Source: an uncultured Mycoplasma sp. (GTDB taxonomy: Bacteria; Bacillota_I; Bacilli_A; RF39; UBA660). Taken from it: 64,000 bases of DNA. This document shows, piece by piece, positions 56,700-64,000 of the stretch. The position numbers and the translations under genes were made by a program. The notes below the pieces were generated by a model, which ran no database searches, had not been told where the DNA came from, and was given only the letters and a program-made list of their open reading frames with translations. Each line of letters starts with the position of its first letter. Positions within the stretch are counted from its first letter, which is position 1. The stretch lies in contig CAMMXG010000001.1 in the NCBI GenBank assembly GCA_946500895.1, positions 705 to 64,704 of the forward strand. The letters run 5' to 3'.

Positions 56700-57863
56700 T
56701 TAACTCACTCTTTCAAATAATTTTTGGTTTCTTTCAATAATCTTTTGTATTTTGATTAAAGCCTCTTGAACTTGGCTTTTGTCGTTCATTGTTGGAACGT
56801 TATCATATATTAAGGCATATACCTCTTTTAAATCTCGGACTATCTTTAAAAGCAAATCGGATCGTATTGTAAAAGTTAAATCATTCGTTGTAATTCTATC
56901 CATATTTATATAGAAAAAATATAAGTCAGAGTTAGACACATACTCATCAGGTTTAAAAAGGTATATCACATCAAGAATATGCTTATTCGTGCAAATATTA
57001 CTATATACATATTTTGTCAATGCTTTCATAGTTTTTGCAATTTCACTAGTATAAGCTTTACTTAATTGTTGGAAGTTTTCACTATTTTCCATATTGATAT
57101 TAAGTGTTTGTAAATAGGCATTAAAGTAATTGTCAGAGAAAGACATTTCATTTAAGCCAAACTCTTTTTTGCTATCGTCAAAAAATAATTTTACAATACC
57201 ATTATTTCCACAGGCAATTAGTTTATAAATTAAGCAAACGTCATTCATTTCTTGTTCTTGCAATTCCACTCCATATATATCATAAAACTCTTGCTTGTAC
57301 TTGATTATTTCTTCTTGTTGGTTAGGATATAGGTAATCAAGTTTACTTATATAGATTTTATAATCACTATCTTTGTTTTTCTTATAACTTATATTTTCTT
57401 TTACAACACTATCAAACTCAACACTTTCCAAGTCGCTCATTTCTTCTTCTACTTCTTTTTTTACGAAGTCAAGCTCATTGATATTAGATAGATAATCATA
57501 CCACTCAATAAACTTATTAAAAAGGTGTCGTGTATGGCTATCAATTAGATTTTTAATTGTTCTCGTGCTATATTTATACTTTCCTGTGTCTACATCATCA
57601 CTTTCAAGACTACCATATAAGGCAATAGTTAGAGTATCCAATATCTCTATTTTTTTATCATAGAGGTTTTTGTTACTATCGGCAAAGAGAATGTTATTGA
57701 TTTTAATTAGTGTTTTAAACACATCAAGCATAATGTCATATTGCTCTTTGTATTCCTTTCTAAAATCAGTTATTTCAAGAGTGTGTTCTAACGCATTAAT
57801 ATACTTGCTATTTCTAAAAATATTGTCCGATAAGGTATTATGTCTATATCCCATTAAAATCAC
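56700..57863 (-). CDS. hypothetical protein (387 aa), cargo gene
   Basis: No recognisable motif, acidic. Forms a tight pair with the 257-aa gene. Confidence 0.35.
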   Translation of the reverse strand: MILMGYRHNTLSDNIFRNSKYINALEHTLEITDFRKEYKEQYDIMLDVFKTLIKINNILFADSNKNLYDKKIEILDTLTIALYGSLESDDVDTGKYKYSTRTIKNLIDSHTRHLFNKFIEWYDYLSNINELDFVKKEVEEEMSDLESVEFDSVVKENISYKKNKDSDYKIYISKLDYLYPNQQEEIIKYKQEFYDIYGVELQEQEMNDVCLIYKLIACGNNGIVKLFFDDSKKEFGLNEMSFSDNYFNAYLQTLNINMENSENFQQLSKAYTSEIAKTMKALTKYVYSNICTNKHILDVIYLFKPDEYVSNSDLYFFYINMDRITTNDLTFTIRSDLLLKIVRDLKEVYALIYDNVPTMNDKSQVQEALIKIQKIIERNQKLFERVS

Positions 57864-57920
57864 TCCTACAAGCCAAATTATAGCATAAAAAAAGGCTATC
57901 TCAAACAGGATAGCAACGTT

Positions 57921-58265
57921 TTATTGTAATTCTTTATCAATAAAGGCTTTAATACTTTTATCAGAGCAGTCCTCTACGTTTTGTTTGTCTAAGCTATCAA
58001 ACTTTAAGCTAAGTTCTTCGGCATAGCTTGAAGCCTTTTCCTTATCCATATTCTTTTCGCTAATTAAATATTTTTCGATAAAGTCAAAAAGATATTCTTC
58101 CCACATCATTTGCCTGTCTTTATTAGAATAATCATTCGTTAAATAAAGATACATAAGATAGTCGCCTTTATCAGAAGAATAGTTTTGTAAAAAGCCTTTG
58201 TATTCTTCTCGCTCTTTCTCTAACTTTTTAAGCTCGTTTGTCAGTTCTTGCATTTTCATATACAT
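57921..58265 (-). CDS. hypothetical charged/coiled-coil protein (114 aa)
   Basis: ORF only. Confidence 0.3.
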   Translation of the reverse strand: MYMKMQELTNELKKLEKEREEYKGFLQNYSSDKGDYLMYLYLTNDYSNKDRQMMWEEYLFDFIEKYLISEKNMDKEKASSYAEELSLKFDSLDKQNVEDCSDKSIKAFIDKELQ

Positions 58266-58380
58266 ACCTCTTTTCTACATCAATATTATAGCATTAAAAA
58301 AGCTATCTTGCTATAAGATAACTTTAATTTTGTTTTTTAATAGCTTATTTTAGCTTGTTTATAGTTTAAAATAGTTTAAA

Positions 58381-58650
58381 TTAGTCTAATTCACTTAGAA
58401 TCTCGTTATACTTCATAAAATCATTGTATAGCTTTTGGATAGCAGTATATAAACTCGCTATTCTACTATCAATACTATTCTTAGAAGTATTATTCTTTTG
58501 TTGTACGCTCAAGAATTTTTGAAATTTCTTAATTGTTGCTTTAGATAACTCTTTTTCAGTATATCTATTAAGCATAACTTCAACCATAACCTCTCTAATA
58601 TCGTTTAAATCTAAAATATTTTTTGTTTTACTATCTAACATTCTAATCAC
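58381..58650 (-). CDS. hypothetical protein (89 aa)
   Basis: ORF only. First gene of the leftward cargo operon. Confidence 0.3.
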   Translation of the reverse strand: MIRMLDSKTKNILDLNDIREVMVEVMLNRYTEKELSKATIKKFQKFLSVQQKNNTSKNSIDSRIASLYTAIQKLYNDFMKYNEILSELD

Positions 58651-58950
58651 TTTCCTTTCTTTGTGGGGTTGCCACGTTTTGTTAGATTTTACAAACGTTT
58701 AAGTCGACTTGTTCGTTTGTGATTTCATTCTAGCAAAGAAAAGCGAGAAAAAAAGATACATAAAAAAAAGATAAGTGTACCATTCTTGAAAACTGCAAAC
58801 CCTTTATTTACAGGACTTTCAGAGCTTTTTGATACCGATTTTTCGAGTTAAAAGTTTAAAAATAGAATAAAATTTTTTTAACATTTATTAGCAGGAGTAC
58901 ACTCATTTTTTATCCTTATATATATTTAATAGCTGTCGCAGAAAAAAACT

Positions 58951-58996
58951 ATCATAAACTATCACAAACTATTACAAAGTATCACAAAGTGTTAAA
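58951..58996 (+). repeat. five tandem ~10-bp iteron-like direct repeats (AAACTATCAT/AAACTATCAC/AAACTATTAC/AAAGTATCAC/AAAGTGTTAA)
   Basis: Read directly. A two-unit copy (AAAGTGTTAC/AAAGTATCAC) occurs at the other end of the element (51402-51421). Confidence 0.4.
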
Positions 58997-59197
58997 TTTT
59001 TTTTAAATCTTTTTTTTAAATCTCATTCGATAAATCGGAACAGGCATTTTTAAGAAATCCCCATAAATACTAGGTTTATGACTTGAAAAACTCTTTCAAA
59101 ATTAGTGCAGAAAAAAATTTTTTTCGTTCGAGAACGTGCTTTTTTTATCTTGTATTATGTAATCACTCAAGCAAGAGAGAAAGGACGAGTGAGAACA

Positions 59198-59395
59198 ATG
59201 ACAAAAAAGATATGTGATATTACAGAGGTAGCAAGTTATTTACAGGTTTCTGTTTCCGAGGTTAGAAAGTTAGTGAGATCAAAAAGAATACCACACTTTA
59301 GAATTGGAAATAGACTAAAGTTTGACTTAATCAAAATTAATTCTTGGCTCGATGATTTAGAGGCACAAGAAAGCAAAAGAGTATTTATTTTCTAA
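59198..59395 (+). CDS. xis: excisionase-like HTH_17 DNA-binding protein
   Basis: MTKKICDITEVASYLQVSVSEVRKLVRSKRIPHFRIGNRLKFD. AAAGGA RBS. Immediately upstream of int. The track's longer N-terminus is unlikely. Confidence 0.55.
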   Translation: MTKKICDITEVASYLQVSVSEVRKLVRSKRIPHFRIGNRLKFDLIKINSWLDDLEAQESKRVFIF

Positions 59396-59499
59396 ATAAA
59401 AAAATAGCGGTTTTACTAGGAATTATGGGCAAAATATGATATAATTATATTAGATAATTTGAAGTTTTGCTCATATAAGAAAGGAGTTAAAAAAAGATT

Positions 59500-60627
59500 A
59501 TGAGCATAAAAAGATTATCAAATAATAAATATAAAATAACAATAGAACTTGGATATGATATTTTAGGTAATAGAAAGAGAAAAACAGAAACATTTAATGG
59601 TACTAAAGCGGAGGCAACTATAAGAGAGGCAGAACTTATGAAAAAGTTTTACCACATCGGTCAGTCAAGTAATATAAACGACTTAAATTTCGAGGAATAC
59701 TCTCAAATTTTTGTAGCAAAATATTGTGATAAAATTGGTCTAGTTACTAAAGATGGCTACGTAAGGTCATTAAAAATGATTATTCCAATAATAGGTAAAA
59801 TTAAACTCAATAAAATTACCCCTCTTGTTTTAGACAATATGTATCAAAAATTAAAAATTGGCGAAAAAGGACAAGAGCTTGGCTACCACTCAATGTATGC
59901 TTATTACAAACTAATAAATGTTATGTTTAATCAAGCTATCAAATGGGAGCTTATTGATAAAAACCCAAACTTGAAAGCAAATAAACCTAAAAAAGAAAAA
60001 ACAGAGCGTAGATATTATGACTTAGAGCAAGTTCACAAATTATTATCTTGCCTATCTAATGAAAGAATAAAGTATAGAACTCTGATAACTCTAGCTTTAG
60101 ATAGTGGCATGAGAAGAAGTGAAATTTGTGCTTTACGTTGGAGCGATGTTGATTTTGATACCAATACGATTAAAATCAATAAATCTTTAAAGGTTGTTAA
60201 GGGTGTTGTTGACGAGGAAACTACAAAAACAGAAAGTTCAAAAAGAGAAATTATTGTTAGTAATGCTACCATTAATCTTTTGAAAAAGTATAAAGAATGG
60301 CAAGACAATTATATTAAAGAAATGGGTAAAAAGTGGATAGGTACTGATAGAGTATTTACTTCTAAAGAGGGCAACTATATGTACCCAAGCACTTGCGACC
60401 ATACTTTAAGAAAAATAATCAAAAAATATAACCTAGACCCTATTTGCTTTCACGAACTAAGACATACATCTGCAAGCATCTTAATTCATAAAGGTATAAA
60501 CCCAAAAGCAGTAAGTCAAAGATTAGGTCATGCCGACACAAGTATTACAATGGAAATCTATTCACATACCTTTGATGTTACCAAAAAAGAAAGTGCTAAA
60601 GCATTCGACGAAGTATTAAGTTATTAA
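59500..60627 (+). CDS. int: tyrosine-type site-specific recombinase/integrase
   Basis: 375 aa. N-terminal SAM-like/arm-binding region. Catalytic 'LDSGMRRSEICALRW' (R), 'HELRHTSAS' (HxxR), 'LGHADTSITMEIYSH' (Y). Transcribed toward attR. Confidence 0.85.
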   Translation: MSIKRLSNNKYKITIELGYDILGNRKRKTETFNGTKAEATIREAELMKKFYHIGQSSNINDLNFEEYSQIFVAKYCDKIGLVTKDGYVRSLKMIIPIIGKIKLNKITPLVLDNMYQKLKIGEKGQELGYHSMYAYYKLINVMFNQAIKWELIDKNPNLKANKPKKEKTERRYYDLEQVHKLLSCLSNERIKYRTLITLALDSGMRRSEICALRWSDVDFDTNTIKINKSLKVVKGVVDEETTKTESSKREIIVSNATINLLKKYKEWQDNYIKEMGKKWIGTDRVFTSKEGNYMYPSTCDHTLRKIIKKYNLDPICFHELRHTSASILIHKGINPKAVSQRLGHADTSITMEIYSHTFDVTKKESAKAFDEVLSY

Positions 60628-60633
60628 AAAAAT

Positions 60634-60671
60634 GGCACCAAAAAAAAGAAATGGCACCAATTTTCGGCACC
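60634..60671 (+). repeat. three GGCACC direct repeats between int and attR (putative arm-type sites, right end)
   Basis: AATGGCACC...AATGGCACC...TTCGGCACC. Same motif and orientation as 51437-51478. Confidence 0.4.
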
Positions 60672-60801
60672 AACCTAAAAAATCAAGTTCTAAAAGTTAG
60701 TAATAAAGAATAATAAAATGCTAAAAAAAACCTTAAATAAAGGGAAAACAAGCCTTTCTATATATTAAAAAAATGGTGTTCTTGTTGGAATAGAACACAC
60801 C

Positions 60802-60813
60802 CCTCCTAAGCAA
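60802..60813 (+). repeat. attR core (CCTCCTAAGCAA)
   Basis: Exact copy of 51186-51197. Confidence 0.5.
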
Positions 60814-60847
60814 TAGGTCGTTGGTTCGATTCCAATCGGGGACGCCA
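60802..60847 (+). tRNA. 3' half of the disrupted host tRNA-Arg(CCT) (anticodon loop to CCA)
   Basis: CTCCTAA-GCAAT-AGGTC-GTTGG-TTCGATT-CCAAT-CGGGGAC-G-CCA. Acceptor 3' strand pairs with GTCCTCG at 51155. No 5' half is present locally. Confidence 0.55.
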
Positions 60848-60921
60848 TTAAAAGCACAAATAAGAGCATAACCACTCTTATTTTTTCATGTCGTTTTACT
60901 TCTCTTTTAAATTATGCTAAA

Positions 60922-62805
60922 ATGAACATTGTGATGTTTATGAAAGAACTACTTAATAAACTTAAAAACTTTTTCAAATGGCTATTTAGATGGCTAAAAT
61001 ATATTATCATAATTATAATTAGTTTTATTTACTCACTATTAAAAAAAGAAGAAACGTCAAAAATAGAAAAAATCAAAAAAGAACTAAAACCAATCAAAAA
61101 AGAAAATAGAAACAATATAATAGAAATACCCAATGAAAATCCAAATAATTTAACCAAAAATTCTATTTTTAAGCCAACCAAAGAAATATTAAAGGAAGAA
61201 ATCCTTATATTTTATTGCAAAGAAAAAAATATTAAAAAATACGAACTAGAAAAACAAGATGAAAAAATAATAGAATATCTTGAAGAAAAATTAATTCTTA
61301 TTCTAGAAAAAGAAATTCTAGAAAAACATATAGAAACAAAAGAATTATTGGAAGAACAAATCAAAAAATTAGGAACAGATGAACTTTTAGTTTTAGAAGA
61401 GAAAAAGAAGATACCCACTCTTCTCATTAATGAAACATTAGAAAAGCAAAATGAAAATAGTTCTAACTTAATATTTTCTAACCCTACTTACCAATCCTAT
61501 AAAGAAAAGACAATTACCCAACAAATAGAAAAAGCAACAAGCATATCAGCAGAAAATCTTAAACCTAAAACAAATCAAGAAGCATCAACTATCAATATGA
61601 ATCCTTTCAATCCATCTTTTAATTTAGAAAAAGAAGAAAAATATCCGAATCAAGAAATAGAAACTCTAGTTCAAACAACACCCTTAATTATTTCTACCGC
61701 TATTCTTAAAGAAGAATTAGAAAAACCTCAAACAGATATAAAACAATCTAATGAAGAAATAAAAGAGTATACGCTAGAAGCGATGGATTCTAAAGAAAAA
61801 GTTAAAGAAATCCAAGAAGAAAAAATTAAAACAAGTTTAAAAGAAGAAAAGCAAGAAAATAAACAAGAAAAAGCAGAAGTAAAACAAGAGGAAAAAAAGC
61901 CTGAAGAAGTAAAATTCATATCCATTAATTTATACCCAATTGAAAATGAAACCAAAAGATTAGAACTAGAACAATCGGAATTAGAAGAAAAACGAGAATT
62001 TGAAGATAAAAATTATGACGAACTATTACTAAGAGTTGAGAATCTTTTAAAAGAAATTGAAAAAATAAAAACACTAAATTTAAAACCTGAAGATAAAAAA
62101 CAAGTTTTAGCAAATGAATCTAAATTAAAAAATTTACAAAATAATATTGAAAACAAAAAAGCAGTAGATTTAGAAGCAGAAAAAACACTTTTAGAAGAAA
62201 ATATTACAGAAGAAGAAATTGCTGGACTACTAGAAAACTTAAAAAAACTACATTTAGAACACCAAATTGATTTAAACGAACATTTAATAAATAAAGCAGA
62301 AGAACTAGAAAATTTAAGCAAGGAAAAAGTAGAAAAAATTGAAAAAGAATTAATCAAAATCAAACTAAAGAAAGCAAGCCGAAGTTTAGAACTTCCCTCT
62401 TTAATCCTTCTCCCCTTTATACGTAATCGCTATTTTTTTATGTTTACCGCCGGAATATTCGTAAACAATCACTTCAAATTATTAGATCATCTCTTAAAGC
62501 ATAAATCAGTTACCTACACTCCTCCTCTACTTGAACACATAAAAAAAGGAAGTGATTCTCTAGAAGAAGCCTTAAATTTAACAATTACAAATCTTTCCTT
62601 TTTAAATTATTTAGAACAAAATATTTTATCAAAATATCCGGAATTACCTCTAGATGAAGAATATTTATTATACATAAATAAACTTCGTTATTCTCTTCTA
62701 AAAAATGAAGAAAAACTATTAAAGAAAAAGCAAACAATCGAAAAATACAATTTAAAATATCAAATAAAAATACGCAAATTAAAAAAGAAGAAAAAAGTTG
62801 CATAG
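60922..62805 (+). CDS. Lys/Glu-rich coiled-coil protein with N-terminal TM helix
   Basis: 627 aa. TM 'YIIIIIISFIYSLL'. Long KE-rich low-complexity helical region, then a less biased C-terminal ~170 aa. Confidence 0.4.
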   Translation: MNIVMFMKELLNKLKNFFKWLFRWLKYIIIIIISFIYSLLKKEETSKIEKIKKELKPIKKENRNNIIEIPNENPNNLTKNSIFKPTKEILKEEILIFYCKEKNIKKYELEKQDEKIIEYLEEKLILILEKEILEKHIETKELLEEQIKKLGTDELLVLEEKKKIPTLLINETLEKQNENSSNLIFSNPTYQSYKEKTITQQIEKATSISAENLKPKTNQEASTINMNPFNPSFNLEKEEKYPNQEIETLVQTTPLIISTAILKEELEKPQTDIKQSNEEIKEYTLEAMDSKEKVKEIQEEKIKTSLKEEKQENKQEKAEVKQEEKKPEEVKFISINLYPIENETKRLELEQSELEEKREFEDKNYDELLLRVENLLKEIEKIKTLNLKPEDKKQVLANESKLKNLQNNIENKKAVDLEAEKTLLEENITEEEIAGLLENLKKLHLEHQIDLNEHLINKAEELENLSKEKVEKIEKELIKIKLKKASRSLELPSLILLPFIRNRYFFMFTAGIFVNNHFKLLDHLLKHKSVTYTPPLLEHIKKGSDSLEEALNLTITNLSFLNYLEQNILSKYPELPLDEEYLLYINKLRYSLLKNEEKLLKKKQTIEKYNLKYQIKIRKLKKKKKVA

Positions 62806-62806
62806 G

Positions 62807-64000
62807 CTAACTCTCAAGCTTATGCAATTTTTCTTCTTCTTGAGCAAGTTTAACACGTTCTTGTTCTACCAAATTACTTGGCGCACGATTAACAAAATTT
62901 TCATTTGCAAGAAGTGCTTTTCTCTTTGCAATAGATGCTTTTAAACTTTGGATTTCCTTTTCTAAATTAAGCTTATCTTCCTCACTCATAACACTTTCAA
63001 AATAAATCGTTGCATCATACTCCCCAAAATGTACAGGATAAGCTGTAACATCAAGATTTTCTAAAGTAATATTTTCTATTTTAAGCATCTTCTTAATTAA
63101 ATCATAATCACTATCATTATTAAATTTTACTTGAACACTTTTATTCATATGATTTTCTTGATAAGTTTTACGATAAAGTTTAATAAATTCTATCATATGT
63201 TCTACCTGTGTTGCATCACTCATAAATACTTCTTTTTTATTAAATTTCGGATAATCACTAATCATAATATTTTCTACTACTCCAGGTATCATACTATAAA
63301 TCTCATCTGTTACATATGGCATAAATGGATGTAACATCTTTAAAATACCCTTAAGTACTTTAACAAGTACTTTTTTAGTAGTATCTTCATCCATATTAAA
63401 TTTAGCAAACTCAATATAATTATCACAAAAATCATTATAGATAAAATTATATATTTCTACTCCGGCATTATTAAGTTCAAACTTATCCATATATTTGGTC
63501 ACATTTTTAATGGTTTCATTATATTTAGATAAAATCCATTTATCTGTCAAAGATAGATTTTCTAATCTCTCATCACTAACAAAGCCTTCAATATTCATGA
63601 GAACAAATCGAGAAGCATTCCAAAGTTTATTAATAAAATTCCATGTAGACTTTAGTGCGTCTTCATCAAATTTCATATCAAGTCCATTTGATACGGCAGT
63701 AGTAAGGTAATAGCGTAGCGCATCTGCCCCATATTTTTCTATCATATCCATCGGATCAATACCATTACCTAAACTCTTAGACATCTTACGTCCTTCTTTA
63801 TCACGAATGAGGCCATGAATTAAACAATATTCAAAAGGTCTTTTTCCTAAAAATTCTAAACCTTGAAAAGTCATTCTGTTAACCCAGAAAGGAATAATAT
63901 CATAACCTGTTACCAAAACAGAATTAGGATAATATCTTTTTAAATCTTCAGTATCATTTGGCCAACCTAAAGTAGAAAATGGCCATAGTGCGCTGGAAAA
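62807..64000 (-). CDS. valS: valine--tRNA ligase, C-terminal ~400 aa (gene continues beyond window end)
   Basis: 'KMSKSLGN' class-I motif, anticodon-binding region, C-terminal coiled coil. Reading frame is open to the window edge ('FSTLGWP'). Confidence 0.85.
   Translation of the reverse strand, partial: FSSALWPFSTLGWPNDTEDLKRYYPNSVLVTGYDIIPFWVNRMTFQGLEFLGKRPFEYCLIHGLIRDKEGRKMSKSLGNGIDPMDMIEKYGADALRYYLTTAVSNGLDMKFDEDALKSTWNFINKLWNASRFVLMNIEGFVSDERLENLSLTDKWILSKYNETIKNVTKYMDKFELNNAGVEIYNFIYNDFCDNYIEFAKFNMDEDTTKKVLVKVLKGILKMLHPFMPYVTDEIYSMIPGVVENIMISDYPKFNKKEVFMSDATQVEHMIEFIKLYRKTYQENHMNKSVQVKFNNDSDYDLIKKMLKIENITLENLDVTAYPVHFGEYDATIYFESVMSEEDKLNLEKEIQSLKASIAKRKALLANENFVNRAPSNLVEQERVKLAQEEEKLHKLES

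Larger units (their letters stand above)
51198..60813. mobile_element. ~9.6-kb integrative element (satellite/PICI-like or integrative plasmid-like) inserted in tRNA-Arg(CCT)
   Basis: Bounded by split tRNA halves with a 12-bp core. Tyrosine integrase and excisionase at the right end. Arm-type repeats at both ends. Xre repressor divergent from a cargo operon. RepL-like replication gene. Element-borne tRNA-Arg(CCT). Confidence 0.6.

Noticed and set aside
60922-62805. KE-rich repetitive region considered as a CRISPR-like or tandem-repeat array, or as part of the integrative element
   Set aside because: It is one continuous 627-aa ORF with codon periodicity, i.e. coding low complexity, and has no spacer/repeat structure. 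It lies outside the attR core at 60802-60813, so it is probably host DNA.
1-64000. Possibility of a Mollicutes-type genetic code (UGA=Trp), given the very low GC
   Set aside because: Many long ORFs (760, 883, 687 aa) are intact under the standard code and end at TGA stops. Conserved motifs fall in frame. The standard code fits.

Overview
This is an AT-rich (roughly 27-30% GC) bacterial chromosome segment. Long intact ORFs under the standard code with TGA stops argue against a Mollicutes code. It looks like a low-GC anaerobic Firmicute: it carries a class III RNR (NrdD/NrdG), several flavodoxins and valS. Almost all genes are on the minus strand. In window order, the content is as follows.

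1. Housekeeping and accessory genes, 38-8159: an M18 aminopeptidase, a DUF1848 protein, a beta-helix surface protein and an ARE-like ABC-F ATPase.
2. Three minus-strand redox/detox operons, 8364-16086: flavodoxins, cupin, AhpD-like, DUF362 and DUF4405 proteins. Each operon is preceded by the same TTGACT-N19 MerR-type promoter, whose spacer carries a shared dyad. One operon encodes the MerR (NmlR/AdhR-like) regulator itself.
3. A tightly coupled five-gene operon headed by an HTH-WYL regulator, 16158-21583: small HAD hydrolase, HAD-IIB phosphatase, a protein with a type-I PRTase C-domain plus a novel N-domain, and a PfkB-kinase/SIS-domain fusion. This is my best candidate for an undescribed small-molecule or defense system.
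4. 21678-27362: an arylsulfotransferase; a membrane-anchored Xre regulator plus a Thr/Gly-rich exported protein whose final ~50 codons have foreign GC-rich codon usage; and an IS200/IS605 TnpA-only element.
5. 27425-31385: an ECF sigma factor with two paralogous anti-sigma-like membrane proteins.
6. 31514-47612: a prophage-remnant Bro-N gene; two BceAB-like ABC modules with two tandem BceRS-like two-component systems and a D,D-carboxypeptidase; a RhuM-family gene; an FkbM methyltransferase; and a P-type Ca-ATPase.
7. 47706-50725: nrdG, a separately translated 56-aa glycyl-radical mini-ORF, and nrdD.
8. A ~9.6-kb integrative element, 51198-60813, inserted into the anticodon loop of a host tRNA-Arg(CCT). 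The two tRNA halves lie 9.6 kb apart and share a 12-bp core. The element encodes a tyrosine integrase, two excisionase-like HTH proteins, a divergent Xre switch, a RepL-like replication protein and its own replacement tRNA-Arg(CCT). GGCACC and 10-bp iteron-like repeats sit at both ends. Its cargo of unknown genes includes three tandem zinc-ribbon membrane paralogs and an overlapping 387/257-aa gene pair. This is my second candidate locus.
9. 60922-64000: a Lys/Glu-rich coiled-coil membrane protein and the 3' part of valS.

No CRISPR array or rRNA was seen.
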